64,000 bases of DNA from Eledone cirrhosa. Taxonomy: Eukaryota. Location: assembly GCA_964016885.1 (NCBI GenBank), contig OZ024757.1:20150001-20214000 (forward strand). The letters are read 5' to 3'. Numbering within the stretch: the stretch's first letter is position 1; each line of letters begins with the position of its first letter. The notes under the pieces were generated by a model, which saw nothing but the letters and a program-made list of their open reading frames with translations, was not told the origin of the DNA and made no database searches. Positions 61,763 to 64,000 of the stretch are shown one piece after another. The translations under genes and the position numbers were made by a program.

Positions 61763-62150
61763 TAATAATTGTTTCTACTTTTGGCACAAGGCCAGCAATT
61801 ATCCCAGTGTATTACTGGTTAATAATTGTTTCTACTTTTGGCACAAGGCCGGCTATTACCCAGTGTATTACTAGTACTTTATTTTATCGACCCCGTAAGG
61901 ATGAAAGGCAAAGTTAACCTCAGCGGGATTTGAACTCAGATCGTAAAGGGACGTAACTACGTTAGAAACTATGGCGTCCGACCCTCTACCGATACTGCCA
62001 TAATTGTTTCTACTATTGGCACAAGGCCAGCAATTATCCCAGTGTATTACTGGTACTTTATTTTATCGACTCAGTAAGGATGAAAGACAAAGTTAACCTC
62101 GGCGGGATTTGAACTCAGATCATAAAGGGCTGTAACTCTTTGCTACAAAA
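61763..62150 (-). mobile_element. Tandem family-1 SINE copies
   Basis: Two near-complete copies plus a duplicated tail. Confidence 0.85.
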
Positions 62151-62790
62151 GCCATAATAGTCGATGGTTAGTAACTTGATGGTCTTACCATTTACGATTG
62201 GGTTCGTGGTCGAGGCCTGAAACAAGATAGCGCTGTCAGTGAATGTTGTTACTTCTCGCACATCGGAGATGAATGAAATAAATGATTAAAATAAAAGTGT
62301 TTTATAAAATATCATAGTATTTGTTATATTTGTGGAGGGTTATTTTGTTCTAATATTACCAGAAAAATCATTGTTTGGTTCGGTTTTCGCTTCAGTATAT
62401 CTTTATATTTCTATAAATAATTTAGCTGGCAATTAATGTTTATCATTGATTGAACAACAGTTAAATATATAAATATAGTTTCTTTCGTCACATATTAGTT
62501 TAAGCCAGGGTTAGTGTTACTGTAGCAGAACTCTTATGGAAGACGACCCACTGTTGATCAACCCATCTCGCTGCTCTTTTGTGTACTAAAGACGACAATA
62601 TCCAGTGTCTCCGTCGTTTGTTTTTAGTGGAGAGATTTGGTTGTTATTTCTAATCGGTTGAGCAATTGGATAACTACTGTTGATTTATTCATACATGCAC
62701 ACCAATGTGTGGACCTGTTATTTTTATCTAAAGACATTTTTTCTAATTCCACCCCGCCCGTCCCTTCAATCTATCTTATTTCTCATTCTT

Positions 62791-62826
62791 TCTTCTGATG
62801 AAGGACTAGCGTCCGAAACGTTAAGA
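62791..62826 (+). ncRNA. Minimal hammerhead motif (type A), best-preserved copy, in element 62709-62910
   Basis: TCTT-CTGATGA-A-GGAC TAGC GTCC-GAAACGTT-AAGA: stem I TCTT/AAGA, stem II GGAC/GTCC, palindromic ACGT stem III. Confidence 0.8.
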
Positions 62827-63406
62827 CCCTCTTCCTGCTATATCAAGCGTGAACCTAATATATTCCTTCCATATACTGTCCTGTTTGTGTTGTTATTTCT
62901 GTTTACCTTTCACACACACACGCACACATATATAATATATATATATATATATAATATATATATATATATAGGTTTTAATATAGATGAGATTCTCATCTAT
63001 ATTAAAACCTTTATACTTTGCTATGTATTGAGTACCTTACTTACTGTGGTTACCTCCGATTCAACCCGGAATAACGTATATATATATATATATATATAGA
63101 TATCAAGTAAGAATATTTTCGAAACAGCGAGTGGGTTTGAAATTATTAGAAATGTAAGCTACGCCGTATTTTGACTAAAGAAATTAAAGAAATTATTTAG
63201 CCTGATAGTGGGGTTAAGAACCCTCGGAGAAATGGAAAAAGATGAGTATTGACGTACATATATGAAGGTAGATAAGGTTTTGTTTATTTATATTGGGAAT
63301 AAATGTTTAAACAAGAAAACTGCTTACCCGAAAGTTTGACTCGACGGTATCCTTTAAATTGTATAAAATAAATATCCAAGCAAATAAATCCATAATCTCT
63401 TCACGC

Positions 63407-63437
<31 letters not shown>

Positions 63438-63563
63438 ACGAAGGAGTTGTGGTAAGCAACCAGACTAAAAATTCTAATTTAGTCCAGAAATAGTCGTCGA
63501 AACGGCTTGAGCTCTGCCGTCGGGGGTCATACTTTTTCATATATATATACACACACACACACA

Positions 63564-63600
<37 letters not shown>

Positions 63601-63729
63601 GAAGCCGGCCGTCGAAGAAACAACACAACACCACACCACTTGTTCGGCCGGACTCTGTATCAAGAAAAGAAAATCTCTTTCAGAGAAATTATTGGATTCT
63701 TCCAAATTGAAAGTTTATTTTAGGTTTTA

Positions 63730-63787
63730 CCATCTGAAGAGCTCAGGCTATTTTAACTGATAGTCCTCAGTGAAATATGTATAATAG
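63730..63787 (+). ncRNA. Degenerate hammerhead motif
   Basis: CAT-CTGAAGA-GCTCAGGCTAT..ATAGTCCTCAGT-GAAA-TATGTA-TA-ATAG; stems imperfect. Confidence 0.5.
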
Positions 63788-64000
63788 AGTTTTAAATAAA
63801 ACTGAATATGGCCTCCGATCTTATATATACATATATATATTGCGTGTGTGTATAAATATATATATATATTGTGATATTGAATTTTTATTTTGTACTAATA
63901 AAAAAATATATATATATATATACACACGCACAATATATATTAGACGAATTAGTGGTTAGAGCGTTGGGTTTGCAATTGAGAGGTTGTAAGTTCGATTCTC

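Overview
Repeat-rich, AT-rich eukaryotic DNA whose SINE and microsatellite content is most consistent with an octopod cephalopod (inference). The main gene is on the + strand: 19 GT-AG exons that I assembled by hand between 21867 and 56149 (17 well supported, 2 tentative). They give about 810 aa that I recognise as the C-terminal half of CCDC180/CFAP76; its N-terminal half is not evident in the 21 kb upstream. An apparently intact RTE/BovB-type LINE (1181-aa endonuclease+RT ORF ending in three C2H2 fingers) lies on the - strand at 4883-8428. The rest is SINEs of two families, LINE fragments, piggyBac-like MITEs and many mini/microsatellites, several amplified from transposon pieces. Least expected: about 11 hammerhead-ribozyme motifs of about six sequence types (Penelope-like architecture; several sense-oriented in CCDC180 introns, two in a head-to-head palindrome), a 162-bp tandem array built from a LINE zinc-finger segment, and a C/A-rich strand polarity of arrays following 5' splice sites. 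Family names come from motif recognition only; no searches were run. Nearly all other ORF-track entries are repeat artefacts.
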